Below are positions 22,131 through 35,102 of a DNA stretch of 64,000 nt, one piece after another. The DNA lies in contig NC_090375.1 of the NCBI RefSeq assembly GCF_036365525.1, positions 130,920,002-130,984,001 of the forward strand, written 5' to 3'. Source of the DNA: Heterodontus francisci. Lineage: Eukaryota. The notes under the pieces are model-generated. The model was not told the DNA's origin. It saw nothing but the letters and a program-made list of their open reading frames with translations, and made no database searches. The position numbers and the translations under genes are program-made. Numbering within the stretch: position 1 is the stretch's first letter; the number at the start of each line of letters is the position of its first letter.

Positions 22131-22541
22131 GTTTTTTTATTCTTTCATGGGATGTGGGCATCACTGGCAAAGCCAGCATTTGTTGCCCATCCCTGATTGC
22201 CCTTGACAACTGAGTGTCTTGTTAGGCCATTTCAGTTAAGAGTCAACCATGTTGCTGTGGGTCTGGAGTCACATGTAGGCCAGATCAGGTAAGGACAGCA
22301 GATTTCCTTCCCTAAAGGACATTAGTGAACCAGATGGGTTTTTATGATAATCGATGATAGTTTCATGGCACCATTACTGAGACTAGCTTTCAATTCCAGA
22401 TTTTTTAGATTAATTAATTGAATTTATTAATTGAATTTAAATTCCACCAGCTGCCATGGTGGGATTTGAACCCATGTCCCCAGGGCATTAGCTAGGGCCT
22501 CTCGATTATTAGTTCAGTGACATTTCCACTACGCTTTCCCC
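22131..22541 (-). mobile_element. tRNA-derived SINE with a tail shared with the second-family LINE
   Basis: Minus-strand B box gggttcaaatcc. 3' end (plus strand ttcatgggatgtgggcatcactggc..tgcccatccc..ttgcccttga) matches the LINE ends at 13790, 25025 and 62090. Confidence 0.8.
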
Positions 22542-22584
22542 TGGTCAATTGGGAGTTGAACTGTGGGGACCACCTACACGCCTT

Positions 22585-24446
22585 TTTTAGAATTAGAATT
22601 AGAATTAGAACATTACAGCGCAGTACAGGCCCTTCGGCCCTCGATGTGAAACCATCTGACCTACACTATTCCATTTTCATCCATATGTCTATCCAATGAC
22701 CACTTAAATGCCCTTAAAATTGGCGAGTCTACTTCTGTTGCAGGCAGGGCGTTCCACGCCCCTACTACTCTCTGAGTAAAGAAACTACCTCTAACATCTG
22801 TCCTATATCTATCACCCCTCAACTTAAAGCTATGTCCCCTCGTGTTTGCCATCACCATCCGAGGAAAAAGACTCTCACTATCCACCCTATCTAACCCTTT
22901 GATTATCTTATATGTCTCTATTAAGTCACCTCTCCTCCTCCTTCTCTCCAATGAAAACAACCTCAAGTCCCTCAGCCTTTCCTCGTAAGACCTTCCCTCC
23001 ATACCAGGCAACATCCTAGTAAATCTCCTCTGCACCCTTTCCAAAGCTTCCACATCCTTCCTATAATGTGGTGACCAGAACTGCACGCAATACTCCAGGT
23101 GCGGTCTCACCAGAGTTTTGTACAGCTGCAGCATGACCTCGTGGCTCCGAAACTCGATCCCCCTACTAATAAAAGCTAACACACCATATGCCTTCTTAAA
23201 AGCCCTATTAACCTGGGTAGCAACTTTCAGGGATTTATGTACCTGGACACCAAGATCTCTCTGTTCATCTACACTACCAAGAATCTTCCCAATAGCCCAG
23301 TACTCTGCATTCCTGTTACTCCTTCCAAAGTGAATCACCTCACACTTTTCCACATTAAACTCCATTTGCCATCTCTCAGCCCAGCTCTGCAGCCTATCTA
23401 TGTCCCTCTGTACCCTACAACATCCTTCGGCACTATCCACAACTCCACCGACCTTCGTGTCATCCGCAAATTTACTAACCCACCCTTCTACACCCTCTTC
23501 CAGGTCATTTATAAAAATGACAAACAGCAGTGGCCCCAAAACAGATCCTTGCGGTACACCACTAGTAACTAAACTCCAGGATGAACATTTGCCATCAACC
23601 ACCACCCTCTGTCTTCTTTCAGCTAGCCAATTTCTGATCCAAAGCTCTAAATCACCTTCAACCCCATACTTCCGTATTTTCTGCAATAGCCTACTGTGGG
23701 GAACCTTATCAAACGCCTTACTGAAATCCATATACACCACATCCACTGCTTTACCCACATCCACCTGTTTGGTCACCTTCTCGAAAAACTCAATAAGGTT
23801 TGTGAGGCACGACCTACCCTTCACAAAACCGTGCTGACTATCGCTAATGAACTTATTCTTTTCAAGATGATTATAAATCCTGTCTCTTATAACCTTTTCC
23901 AACATTTTACCCACAACCGAAGTAAGGCTCACAGGTCTATAATTACCAGGGCTGTCTCTACTCCCCTTCTTGAACAAGGGGACAACATTTGCTATCCTCC
24001 AGTCTTCCGGCACTATTCCTGTCGACAATGACGACATAAAGATCAAGGACAAAGGCTCTGCAATCTCCTCCCTGGCTTCCCAGAGAATCCTAGGATAAAT
24101 CCCATCTGGCCCAGGGGACTTATCTATTTTCACACTTTCCTAAATTGCTAACACCTCCTCCTTGTGAACCTCAATCCCATCTAGCCTAGTAGTCTGAATC
24201 TCAGTATTCTCCTCGACAACATTTTCTTTCTCTACTGTAAATACTGACGAAAAATATTCATTTAACGCTTCCCCTATCTCCTCTGATTCCACACACAACT
24301 TCCCACTACTGTCCTTGATTGGCCCTAATCTAACTCTAGTCATTCTTTTATTCCTGATATACCTATAGAAAGCCTTAGGGTTTTCCCTGATTCTATCCGC
24401 CAATGACTTCTCGTGTCCTCTCCTTGCTCTTCTTAGCTCTCCCTTA
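22585..24446 (-). mobile_element. Young 5'-truncated CR1/HER1-like LINE with (ttctaa)n tail
   Basis: Nearly intact ORF2 3' part; ends gggccgaagggcctgtactgcgctgtaatg(ttctaa)n. Confidence 0.93.
22661..24133 (-). CDS. CR1 ORF2 reverse-transcriptase domain (490-aa open frame; frameshifted from 24140-24403)
   Basis: KSPGPDG, NYRPVSLTS, QHGFVKGRSC, DFSKAFDKV, GVPQGSVLGP, FADDTK. Confidence 0.9.
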   Translation of the reverse strand: MKIDKSPGPDGIYPRILWEAREEIAEPLSLIFMSSLSTGIVPEDWRIANVVPLFKKGSRDSPGNYRPVSLTSVVGKMLEKVIRDRIYNHLEKNKFISDSQHGFVKGRSCLTNLIEFFEKVTKQVDVGKAVDVVYMDFSKAFDKVPHSRLLQKIRKYGVEGDLELWIRNWLAERRQRVVVDGKCSSWSLVTSGVPQGSVLGPLLFVIFINDLEEGVEGWVSKFADDTKVGGVVDSAEGCCRVQRDIDRLQSWAERWQMEFNVEKCEVIHFGRSNRNAEYWAIGKILGSVDEQRDLGVQVHKSLKVATQVNRAFKKAYGVLAFISRGIEFRSHEVMLQLYKTLVRPHLEYCVQFWSPHYRKDVEALERVQRRFTRMLPGMEGRSYEERLRDLRLFSLERRRRRGDLIETYKIIKGLDRVDSESLFPRMVMANTRGHSFKLRGDRYRTDVRGSFFTQRVVGAWNALPATEVDSPILRAFKWSLDRHMDENGIV

Positions 24447-25008
24447 CCTCACCACATAGCTGTAACAATGTGTAAATCCCTTTTTTGGTCCCTAATCAGC
24501 CCCAGTCCTCCTTTTACCCCTTTTTACAATTTATATGCCTACAAACGACTTTTGGAATCCCTTTTATATTAGCTGTCAGTCTCTTTTCAGATTCTCTCTT
24601 TGCTTCTGTTATTTGCTTTTTCACTTCCCCTTTGAATGTTCTATATTCAGCCTGGTTCTCGTTTGTATTATCTACCTGACATCTGTCAGAAGAAGACTTT
24701 TTCTTCTTCATCTTAATCTCTATTTTGTCATCCAGGGAGCTCTGGATTTGTTTGCTCTACCTTTCCCCTTCATGGGAATATATCTTGAGGGTGCCTAAAC
24801 TATCTCCTCTTTAAAGGCAGTCCAATGTACAGTTACTTTTTTGCCTGCCAACCTTTGATTCCAATTTATCCGAGTCATATCCATTCTTACCCCATTGAAG
24901 TTGGCTTTCCCCCAGTTTTATTATTCTTACTCTGGATTGTTCCTTGTCCTTTTGCATAACCAACATAATATGATACAATGATCACTGTCCCCTAATTGTT
25001 CCACGACA

Positions 25009-25645
25009 TTTTTTTTTTTTCCGTTTCATGGGATGTGGGCGCCGCTGGCTAGGCCAGCATTTGCTGCTTATCCCTAATTGCCCTTGAGAAGGTGATGGTG
25101 AGCTGCCTTCTTGAACATAGTCCATTTGGTGCGGGTACACCCATAGTACTGTTCGGGAGGGAATTCCAGGATTTTATCCAGCGACAGTGAAGAAATGATG
25201 ACATATTTCCAAGTCGGGATGGTATGTTGCTTGGAGGGGAACTTGCAGACTCGCGTCTGCTGCCCTTGTCCTTCTAGGTGGAAGAGGTCGTGTGTTTGGA
25301 AGATGCTGTCAAAGGAGTCTTGGTGAGTTGCTGCAGTGCATTCTATAGATGGTACACACTGCTGCCACTGTGCATCAAAGGTGAATGTATAAGGTGGCGG
25401 ATGAGACGCTGATCAAGTGGGCTGTTTTGTCCTGGATGGTGTTGAGCTTCTTGAGTCTTGTTGGAGCTGCACCCATCCAGGCAAGTGGAGAGTATTCCAT
25501 CACACTCCTGCCATGTGCCTTGTAGATGGTGGACAGGCTTTAGGGAGTCAGGAGGTGGGTTACTTGCAGCAGAATTCACTGCTTTTGTAGCAACAGTATT
25601 TATTCAGTACAGTTTCTGGTCAATGGTAACCCTCAGGGTGTTGAT
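25009..25645 (-). mobile_element. Second-family LINE 3' fragment
   Basis: Collinear with 62080-62750. Confidence 0.85.
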
Positions 25646-25779
25646 ATGATGTTGACTCTTGATTCACTTGTGAATAGAAAAGTAAGTCTTGTCATTACCA
25701 GTGTAAATAGTCTTTCACCTACATGATAAGTGTTAGTTATTGATAGTCAACCTCTCGGTCACCAAAAATTGACTATTAC

Positions 25780-26560
25780 CAGTGTGGAATCTTATTCCTT
25801 CAGGTTTTGAATTTTTTGGACAATGGTAAAAGCCCCGATATTAACTCAGAGAAGCAGCAGTGGAGTCAGATATTGCATGGGAAAAATCAAAGTAAGTTCA
25901 GTGCATCTGTCTGTGTCATTTTAATGCAGCCATCGCATTTTCACTTTACTTTCAGATTTGGTATCGATTGCACAACAGCAGGCATGGTGTTGTACCAGCA
26001 TGTTGCAATCTGAATTTCAGTATTTAAAGGGCCGATCCACAGATAGACTTTGGAGGAGTTGCTAGTATTGGCATCGAGACAGCAACTTCACAATGGACTC
26101 AGGACGCTCAAGGTCTGTGACCCATTTTATGTACTGCAGAGAGGAGCCAGAGACAGGTACATTTTCCCAGGAATGGTGGAAGAAACCTCTAGCTGCCACA
26201 AAGAGGATGTGACTGGAGGTGGTTCAGAAGGTCAGCAACAACAGCATAGTACTACACTCCTAGATTCAGTACAGAAAGCACTTTAATGATCTAACCAGGT
26301 CAGGAAAGGTGAGCACAGTTGCACATTCACCTCCAATGAGCAAGAGCAGATGATGGTGGGGGGACAGTTGTGAACAGTCTGCACCACAGGGTGCAGCCCT
26401 CTCCAAGTTCTGCTCAGCTGGACACAGCTGCTATACCCCAGGGGATGTTGATATAAAAGGTAATCATTGAGGAGCACCAGAGAAAGTGCTGTGTACTGAC
26501 AGGCCTTCCAAGCACACAGACTACAACTGCAGAGGGAATAGAGGCTCAAGCATGTGTCAC
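25780..26560 (+). mobile_element. Degenerate PIF/Harbinger remnant with Myb/SANT-like exon
   Basis: ~26210-26310 reads LEVVQKVSNNSIVLHS*IQYRKHFNDLTRSGK followed by a gtgag donor, as in Harbinger DNA-binding ORFs. Boundaries uncertain. Confidence 0.5.
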
Positions 26561-27517
26561 AGGGCATTGCATTAATGTTTTCTTGCATGGATAGAGAGGC
26601 CAGCTCCATAGACAATGTAGGAGCAGTAGGGAAAGAAAGAGAAAAACTTCATTGTTACATAAGGTTATGCATGTGGGTTGGTGAAAAAAGTGATACATTA
26701 TTAAGTTTCTGTTCTTTAGTAGAATCACATGTTCATTCAGATCTCAGATACCCTGTTTCCCTTGCTACCCTATTAGCAGCTCACACTTTCAGCAACTTTG
26801 TGGGCAAATTTGTTTTGATCTGAAAGTTGCAGGGCAAATCTAACTAATGGCAGATGCCATTAGATGCCCTGTTACAGCAAATTCTGACCAATTTATCTGC
26901 ACAGGGAGCTACACGAACCAAGGGTTTTTCTGTGGAGGATTCACTGTAGCCCTGCTCCTAGGTGCAGACTCTCTCCCTTATTGCTGCTACATGACAGTCT
27001 GCATGTTTTACTGGCTGCCGCTCCCCTATATTTTCCAGACTCTACATGAAATATGCTATATTTGTCTGAGTAGACAATGTTCTTTTGATGAAGATTCTGT
27101 TGTTCTTGCATCCAGCCCCAGCAAATGCTAGCTACCTCATCACCCAATACATTCTTTCCAAACTGAAAACTATTCAACCTTGAGAATATGCTGCTGATTC
27201 CCAGGTATTCAGGCTGTTCTAATTTTCCCAACTTTAGGACAAATTATTGTCGGTACTACGTCAACAAACGTAACCATATCACTTCAGTTCCTTGCATGAA
27301 TCCTACAGTTGAACCCTTTCCAGTCTAATCCATCACAATCATCCAGCTACTATCCAACAACTGCAGGACCTCCTCAGGTAATTGTACTCAGCCCAATCAT
27401 ATTGAGCTGCTTTATCAATAAACGTCCTTCCATCACAAGATCAGGAATGGAGCTATTCATTGACAATTCTACGATGTTCAGCTGCATTCACAACTCCTAC
27501 CATAATAAACCGAAATG

Positions 27518-28107
27518 AGTTCTGATGAAAGGTCATCAACCTGAAACGTTGGGCTGAATTTAGTGGTGGCAGCGCGGTCCCGCTGATGGGCCTGAAATTG
27601 CAGGGGTGACCTTGCTTCGGTGGTCAGCAGCAGCCAATTAAGCTATTAAGGATGGCCATCCACCTCCCCCCCCCCAAAGAGCTACTGGCCAATCAGAGGG
27701 CAGCCATTACTGCTGGGGGGACACTTCCATGGGTCAAAGGGTGCCCAAAAAGGAGTGGCCCTCCCGAGGATCCCACTGGGAGGCTGCCAGGGTCTACCTG
27801 GCAGACTGCCTACACAGGGGAGATCCCTCCCCACCACTGATAAAATGCCAGTGGAGGTGGGAAGAGGCCTTTAATTGGCCACTTAAGCGGCTCAATTGGC
27901 CTCTGGGCAGGCAGGCCATCCATCACCTTCCCCACCACTGGCAGTTCCCTCCCCCACCAATTCCCAGCCCATTCCCAGAGGGCTGGTAAAATTCAGCCTG
28001 TTAACGCCATTTCTCTCTCCACAGATGCTGCCAGATCTGCTGAAAATTTTCAGCATTTTCTGATTTTATTTCAAATTTCCAGCATCTGCGGTATTTTGCT
28101 TTTATGT
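27518..28107 (+). mobile_element. Short PLE 3' end (hammerhead plus tail) split by a MITE
   Basis: agttctgatgaaaggtcatcaacctgaaacgtt | MITE | gttaacgcc..cagatgctgccag..gtattttgcttttat. Confidence 0.85.
27551..27999. mobile_element. PIF/Harbinger-type MITE
   Basis: TIRs gggctgaattt / aaattcagcct; 3-bp TSD gtt (27548-27550, 28000-28002). Confidence 0.8.
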
Positions 28108-28119
28108 ATTATGTTTTAT

Positions 28120-28800
28120 TCTTACTGTTAGCTATACCCCCCAATTTGATATCAACTGCAAATTTTAATATTGAGTTACTCATTCCTAAACGCGAATTAT
28201 TAATGTAAATTGTGAAAACAGCGGTTCCAGCACTAATCTTTGTGGAACATCACTTTGTATCTTCCTCCAATCTGAATATGTACCCTTTGCCTTTATTCTC
28301 TTTTTTCTATTTTTTGCTAATTTGCTATACATTCAGCTACTATTTCCCTGACTCCACATGCCCTAATCTTTGTCCTGAGCCGACCATCAGGTACTTTATC
28401 AAAGGCCTTTTGAAAATATAAGTATATAACATCGACTGCATTACCCTTGCCTATTCTTTCCATCATCTCTTCACTTAGCCTTTTTGAAGCCATGCTGACT
28501 GTTATATTTTCTATCTCTTAAATGCTTTTGTATCATTTCTTTTAGTATAGATTCCAATATCTTTCCTACCACTTACATTAAGCAGACTGGTTATTAGTTC
28601 CCATACTTTGTTCTATCTCTATTTTGTATCCAGGAACAACATTGGATGACCACCAGTACTTTGGCACTACTCCCTCTTCTATGGAACATTTGTATGTATA
28701 AACTAGTGCTTCTGCTATCTCCTCCCTAGTCTCCTTAAGTATGGGTGAGTGCATACATCTGGACATGGGGTCTTATCCTCTTTTAGTTTTGCTAATTTGT
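28120..28800 (-). mobile_element. Old CR1 RT remnant
   Basis: ORF 28578-28766 (ILKETREEIAEALVY..EGVVPKYW..NVVP) plus degenerate downstream RT motifs. Confidence 0.6.
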
Positions 28801-28859
28801 CAACTATTTTCTTCCTTTCTATCCAACTCTCATCAATATTTTTAAGATCATCCTCTAGT

Positions 28860-29698
28860 GAACATACATATGAACATACAAACATTCGAACTAGGAGCAG
28901 GAGTAGGCTATTCGGTCCCCCAAGACTGCTCCACCATTCTATAAGATCATAGCTGATCTGTTTGTGGACAGAGCTCCATTTTCCTGCCTACCCCTGATAC
29001 CCTTTGACTCCTTTGTTTGTCAAGAATCTGTCTACCTCTGCCTTAAAAACATTCAATGACCCTGCCTCCACTGCTCTCTGGGGAAGAGAGTTCCACAGAT
29101 TCATGACCTTCTGAGAGAAAAAATTTCTCCTCATCTCTGTCTTAAATGGGAGACCCCTTATTTTTAAACTGTGCCCCCTAGTTTTAGTCTCTCCCACAAG
29201 TGGAAACATCATTTCAATATCCACCCTGTCAAGTCCCCTCAGGATCTTACATGTTTCAATAAGATCACCTCTCATCCTTCTAAACTCCAATGAATACAGA
29301 CCCAACCTGTCCAACCTTTCCTCATAAGATAACCCTCTCATCCCAGGAGTCAGTTGAATGAACCTTCTCTGAACTGCTTCCAAAGCAATTTTATCCTTTC
29401 TTAAGTAAGGAGATCAAAACTGTACACAATACTCTAGATGTGCTCTCACCAATGCTGTACAACTGCAGCAAAACCTCTATACTTTTATATTCCATTCCCT
29501 TTGCAATAAACGACAATATTGCATTTGCCTTCTTGATCACTTGCTGTACCTGCATACTAATCTTTAGTGTATCGTGTACTCGGACACCCAGATCCCTCTG
29601 TACCACAGAGTTCTGCAATCTCTCTCTATTTAAATATTATGTTGCTTTTCTATTTTTCTGGCCAAAGTGAAGAAGTTCACACTTTCCCACATTATACT
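28860..29698 (-). mobile_element. CR1-type LINE 3' fragment
   Basis: ORFs 28988-29383 and 29391-29618 (LGLYSLEFRRMRGDLIE); tail with (tatgttc)-like repeats. Confidence 0.9.
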
Positions 29699-30149
29699 GA
29701 AGTATCTATCTTGTAACCTACTTAAAAATTGAGGTGAAGTAGTTAACAATATTACTGCCAATTCTCAGTGATTAGCTATGAGTTTATCTTGCACATCGTT
29801 TGTTGGCCCTATTCTGACATGTTCAAGTCAGGACTATGTTGAAATATTTGTCATTTACCTTAATCTCACTGATTTTCTACCCAACAAACTTTCGGAATGT
29901 ATCAATATTTACAGGCAATCCTCATCACAGAAAGAAAGAACTTTCATTTATATACTTTTACTTTCCATACATAATTTGATTTTGTGTGATCTATTTGAGT
30001 CTAACCATAAACTTTGGTTCACCATTGCCTCCAAGCCTTCTTCAAATTGGCCATCAGGATGTTGAACTGGCTAATCAACAAAGCTTGAAATTAATAATGT
30101 AGCAGAAAACATTTTAGAATTATTTCTGTGAATTATTTGGGTCATGATA

Positions 30150-30331
30150 CTGATGGGCCAGCAGCTCTGCAAGGCCGGGACTTCCAGTGATGTGGTTCTA
30201 AATCCTACAGAGGGCCTGCCGCTGATAGGCACTAAATCCGTCAGGCCTTCCATACAAGAGGCAACGTGGGGATCTCAGCGTCAGTTTCCTCCAACTTCGA
30301 GACCCCCACCACCAGCATAAAGTTCCACCCC
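30150..30331 (-). mobile_element. Harbinger-type MITE terminal fragment
   Basis: Reverse complement aligns with 37384-37580; TIR-like gggtggaacttatg. Confidence 0.55.
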
Positions 30332-32863
30332 TTGTTTTTTATGAGATACAATTCAAACATGCCAAAACGTTGTAAACTTAGATCTGAATTTATAGGAACT
30401 CTCAATAAAGAATAAGCAATTGGCAGTTCTATGTACCACAACCCATTTTAGTGGCAGCTAACAGTATGATCCAAACAAAAGAAATGAATAAAAACTATTA
30501 CCAAAAGCTCAAAGGTAGTAAGATCTAAAATATGTGGCTGTTGTAAGGTGAAATTTGCCAATCGAGTGGCTACATTTAATCTACGGAACATTATATATTG
30601 GATAATGAGGGACATGCTACTCTATACTTGCATCAGAAAATGGCTGCCCGCTGCTGCAGTTTCCAGATCATGAGCTAGACTGCTAAAATGTTTCTCAATT
30701 CTGATTGGCAAAGATTTTATGTCAGATTTCAATATTTAAGCAACAGTATCAAATTCGAAGGTACTGTGGTTCATTGGGGTTGAGGTTTAGTTCAAGCCAC
30801 AAAATGAAATTTTATAAATTTATTCCCAAAGGTACTCCTACCAATTTTTCCAAACCTATTAATTTCTAAATTACTCATTAAGACATCAATAATACACTTC
30901 AAGACATCTAGACCTCACTTCCCGGTCTATAAGCAGAGAAAATATTGCACCTTTGTCAACAGTTAATGGTTGATAATGACTTGCTAGTGTCAAAGTCCTT
31001 CTGATAGTTACAGTATCATCCAATCGATATTTTAATATTCCTTGAATGATGCTGCAGAATATGATCCTGGTTCAAGGCTGATTCCTAGTTCAAACTCTCC
31101 CTATGATATTGCTAAACCAACATGCTTCCTTTTCTCTACTCCTACATAATGCTCTAGAGCTATTTTCACCCTCACTTCAACGGTAATCCGGTGGAATGAA
31201 AAATGACCAGGTTCTACAATAGACAGGCAATCAGCTTCATCAGATTACTGCCCAGGTTGTGAAGGTGAAAATTACTCCCAATGGATGGGCTTATTTCATG
31301 CTTGTCCTTAACCAGTGAGTATCATATCATTCTCTGTCATTAACATGTGCTAAATATAACTTCTGTGAATAGGAACCAGGCAAATGCTATATTAAGAGAT
31401 CATTAACTTTTTAAAAAAGCAAGTCAAATTCCCAGTTATTACTGAAAGAATTACACCACACGATTTCACATTTTAAACAAAAACTTTACTGTACAAGAGT
31501 TAAACAAAGCAAAACACTACTAACTTAACACTACAATTTGGAAACACTTATATTTTAAACTTAAAATCTTAACAGAACATGAGGATGTATACTTTAAACT
31601 CTAAATCTCAATAGAACATTCCTGTTTGACTGTTACTTTCACCCCAAGAATTCCCCTATATGTTACAGCATCTTGGTGGTTTGTTCACTTCTCCTGGGTC
31701 CAATCCAAAGTGTACCACAGCTTTTACAAATTCACTTCGATTTCCTTAATTTCTCAGCTATCTTCTGAGGTATCGGATCTCCTGGGGATTCTCCCTCTAG
31801 CTTCGGCTATGCAAAACCTCCAGTTCTCCTTCAACACCTCATGAATCTGGATTTCCCAGATTGAGACAGACCTGCCTCAATACAGAAACACCCCTGGTTA
31901 CTGATGGCCTCTTTGCGCCTGAACCCAGCTGTTTTCAAAGTCAACAGCTTTCTCTGTGACCAACAGCCTGTCTGAAACCAACAGCTTTCCAAAAGCCAAC
32001 TGACTGTCTGTGTCAACAGGCACCCAAAAAAGACACCTGACACAAAAGCCAAATCCCTTGCACTATGGTAACATGGGATGTCCCAGTTGGCAAGTTAAAG
32101 TAATTATTTCCAACTCTAAATCTTCTTTTTGTTCTAGGAAATCATATGAATAATTCAAACCCCTGATCGAGGCAGCTGCAGACATACCTTCTCCATCAAG
32201 AAGTTCAGAGAGTTTCCCATTGTTTAGCATCATCAGACTTCCCTTTATGATCATACTAAATAAACATAAGCCAACCTCTGATTTGTAACCACCCCGAAGT
32301 CTGTTGGCCAGCTTCTCAAACCAGGTGTTTTCATTTGTCTTGCATTAAAAAATGTGATTCCCAAATTAAAAGTTACATCTAGAAAATTAATACAAACCAT
32401 GAACCAGGTGATCATAATATAATAACATTTTCTCTTTTACAATTACCAATCTGTGTAACATCAATTACCAGTTAATATCAAATATTTTTCACTTGACTTT
32501 ATTTGGAGAAATGTTTGAATTGATATGAACTTGAAAAATATACTATCCTTCTGCTTCACCATCTACACTGTGTAACAGTTTAACCCAACGTCAGTGGGAT
32601 GAGACAGAGACTGCCCACAGTAAACTGGGCAAATCTGTTAATGGGTAAAATGACAGAAGATCAGTGGGAGGTGTTCAAAAATAATTTAATGTGATACCAA
32701 ATGTGATACCAAACCAGTTTATACCCCTAAGAGGCAAGAATTCTACTTGCCAAAAAAAGCTATGTACAACTAAAGAGGTAAAGGACAACATAAAACACAA
32801 GAATGCAAAAAATAGCACAAATCCTGGTAAATGGGGGAGATACAAAGAATGGCAAAGGGTGAC

Positions 32864-33640
32864 TGTCATGCAGACCCACACCTGCCAAGAATGAGGCATA
32901 CTAATTTTGTCATATGGACATTGATTTTAAACTGTTGCTGGAGTGAAGAAAGGACTTGTTAGAAAAAGTCACCAGACACTTAGCTGGAAAAACATTTGCA
33001 TACTAACAGACAATGCTTGTGGACACAAAGGACTATTCCCTGCTCCAATTAACCCAAATGAATTTTGATCACCAGACATTGAAGGCAAGGAAGCACATTC
33101 CAGGCCCTGCTAAGATGATACAATCCACAGAGCCAGGACTGGTTAAACCAACTGGTCACATGACTAACTGGCTGGCCCAGGTTTTTTGAACTAGCCACAG
33201 GACTGTTTGAATTGAGAAGGCACTTTGAAACTGAAGCTGAAACAAGCAAGTCTCTCGCCTGACTGTCTCTCTCTCTCTCTCTCTCTCGCTTTCTCCCAAG
33301 CCACCAAACCCATGGAAGACACATAAATCTCAAGACAGAAAAGACTCTGACCTCGAAATAAGTTGTGTTTATCACGTTTGCATGCTAGCGTGGTCACATC
33401 GCAAATTCGTAGTCGGTAACTGGATTAGAGTTTAAGATTAATAAACTTCTACCTTTCTTGTTTAAAATCTAAGAAAACCTGTCTGAATTAATGTTTTTGC
33501 CTTACAATTGAAAAGCGGTGAACAATGATTCATTAAGGGGGAGTTAAAACACATTGTTTTTTTAAAAAGTAAACGCTGTTACAGTTAAACCAGGCAAAGG
33601 CTGAGAGGGCACCCTTAGACCTTCTCACCTGGTCGAAACA
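32864..33640 (+). mobile_element. Solo LTR (777 bp)
   Basis: TG..CA, perfect 5-bp TSD gtgac (32859-32863, 33641-33645), AATAAA at ~33440. Confidence 0.85.
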
Positions 33641-34564
33641 GTGACAAAACAGATTCTGAGAACTACAGACAGGGAGTATCTAAAGAAACTTTCAAGGTAC
33701 ATCAAAATCAACACATAAAACTTTTATAATTATATTAGGAAAAAGAGAGTAGTTAAGAGCAATGTGGGCCTCTTAAAACTGATAAAGGTGATATAAATAA
33801 AAATAAGGAAATGTTAAATATTATTTTGCATCAGTATTTAAAGTAAAGGAAGGTGTCAGTATGTCAGACATCCAAAGGAAACTAATATTGAATCAGGCTT
33901 GGGAAGTAGGTGAGAATATTGCAGATGCACTAACTATGATCTTCTGGTGGTCTCTTGATTCAGGAACTGTTCCTTTAGATTGGAAAATAGCTCATGTCAC
34001 TCTGCTATTTAAGAAAGGTGAGAGAGGGAAACCAGGGAATTATAGTGCAGATAGCCTAACGTTTGTTGTTGGGAAATTACTAATGTCTATAACTAAGAAT
34101 GGAGTGACTGAACCCCTTGAAAATTTTCAGCTGATCAGAGAGAACCAACATGGATTTGTATAGGGTAGGTTATGCATGATGAACCTGATTCTATTTTTTG
34201 AAGAGGTGACTAAAGTAGTGGATAATGAAATATCGATGGATATGACTTATATGGACTTCTAGAAAGCATTCAATAAAGTCCCTCATAAGAGAGCATGAGC
34301 TAAAGTTGAAACTCATGTAATCGTAGGACAATTATTGACCTGGTTAGGAGATTGGCTGAGCAGCGGGAAACAGAGAGTAAGAGTAATAACCAGGTACTCT
34401 GATTGGCAGGTTGTGACTCGTGACATCTTACAGGAATCTGTGCTGGGGCCTCGATTATTCACTCCATTCATTAGACGACTTAGATGATTAGATAGAGAGC
34501 CACATATCCAAGTTTGCTGATGACATAAAATAGGTGGCATTGTAAGCAGCATAGATGGCAGCAT

Positions 34565-35102
34565 TCTTTTCTTCTTCTTCTTTTGGGCCTCCTTATCTCG
34601 AGAGACAATGGATACGCGCCTGGAGGTGGTCAGTGGTTTGTGAAGCAGCGCCTGGAGTGGCTATAAAGGCCAATTCTGGAGTGACAGGCTCTTCCACAGG
34701 TGCTGCAGAGAAATTTGTTTGTTGGGGCTGTTGCACAGTTGGCTCTCCCCTTGCGCCTCTGTCTTTTTTCCTGCCAACTACTAAGTCTCTTCGACTCGCC
34801 ACAATTTAGCCCTGTCTTTATGGCTGCCCGCCAGCTCTGGCGAATGCTGGCAACTGACTCCCACGACTTGTGATCAATGTCACACGATTTCATGTCGCGT
34901 TTGCAGACGTCTTTATAACGGAGACATGGACGGCCGGTGGGTCTGATACCAGTGGCGAGCTCGCTGTACAATGTGTCTTTGGGGATCCTGCCATCTTCCA
35001 TGCGGCTCACATGGCCAAGCCATCTCAAGCGCCGCTGACTCAGTAGTGTGTATAAGCTGGGGGTGTTGGCCGCTTCAAGGACTTCTGTGTTGGAGATATA
35101 GT
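34565..35102 (-). mobile_element. Young RTE-clade LINE 3' fragment
   Basis: ORF RRLRWLGHVSRMEDGRIPKDTLYSEL..CSTCGRAC..GLYSH; (gaa)n tail; 11-bp TSD gatggcagcat (34554-34564, 35103-35113). Confidence 0.92.

Larger units (their letters stand above)
21259..24467 (+). mobile_element. Solo LTR (~0.94 kb net) containing a SINE and a CR1
   Basis: tgttatg..tgtaaca ends, flanks atgc/atgt (4-bp TSD, one mismatch), AATAAA at ~22078. Host CR1 resumes exactly after it. Confidence 0.75.
17119..25008 (-). mobile_element. CR1-type LINE host copy in three pieces (17119-18301, 20721-21258, 24468-25008)
   Basis: Reading joins across the insertions: EKLDQG|N-AVDVVYMDF at 20721/18301, and ctccatg|tgtaaatcccttttttggtccctaatc at 21258/24468, collinear with 180-240. 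Confidence 0.85.

Noticed and set aside
31360-32460. Possible further minus-strand LTR
   Set aside because: LTR-like composition, but I could not find matching TG..CA ends with a TSD.
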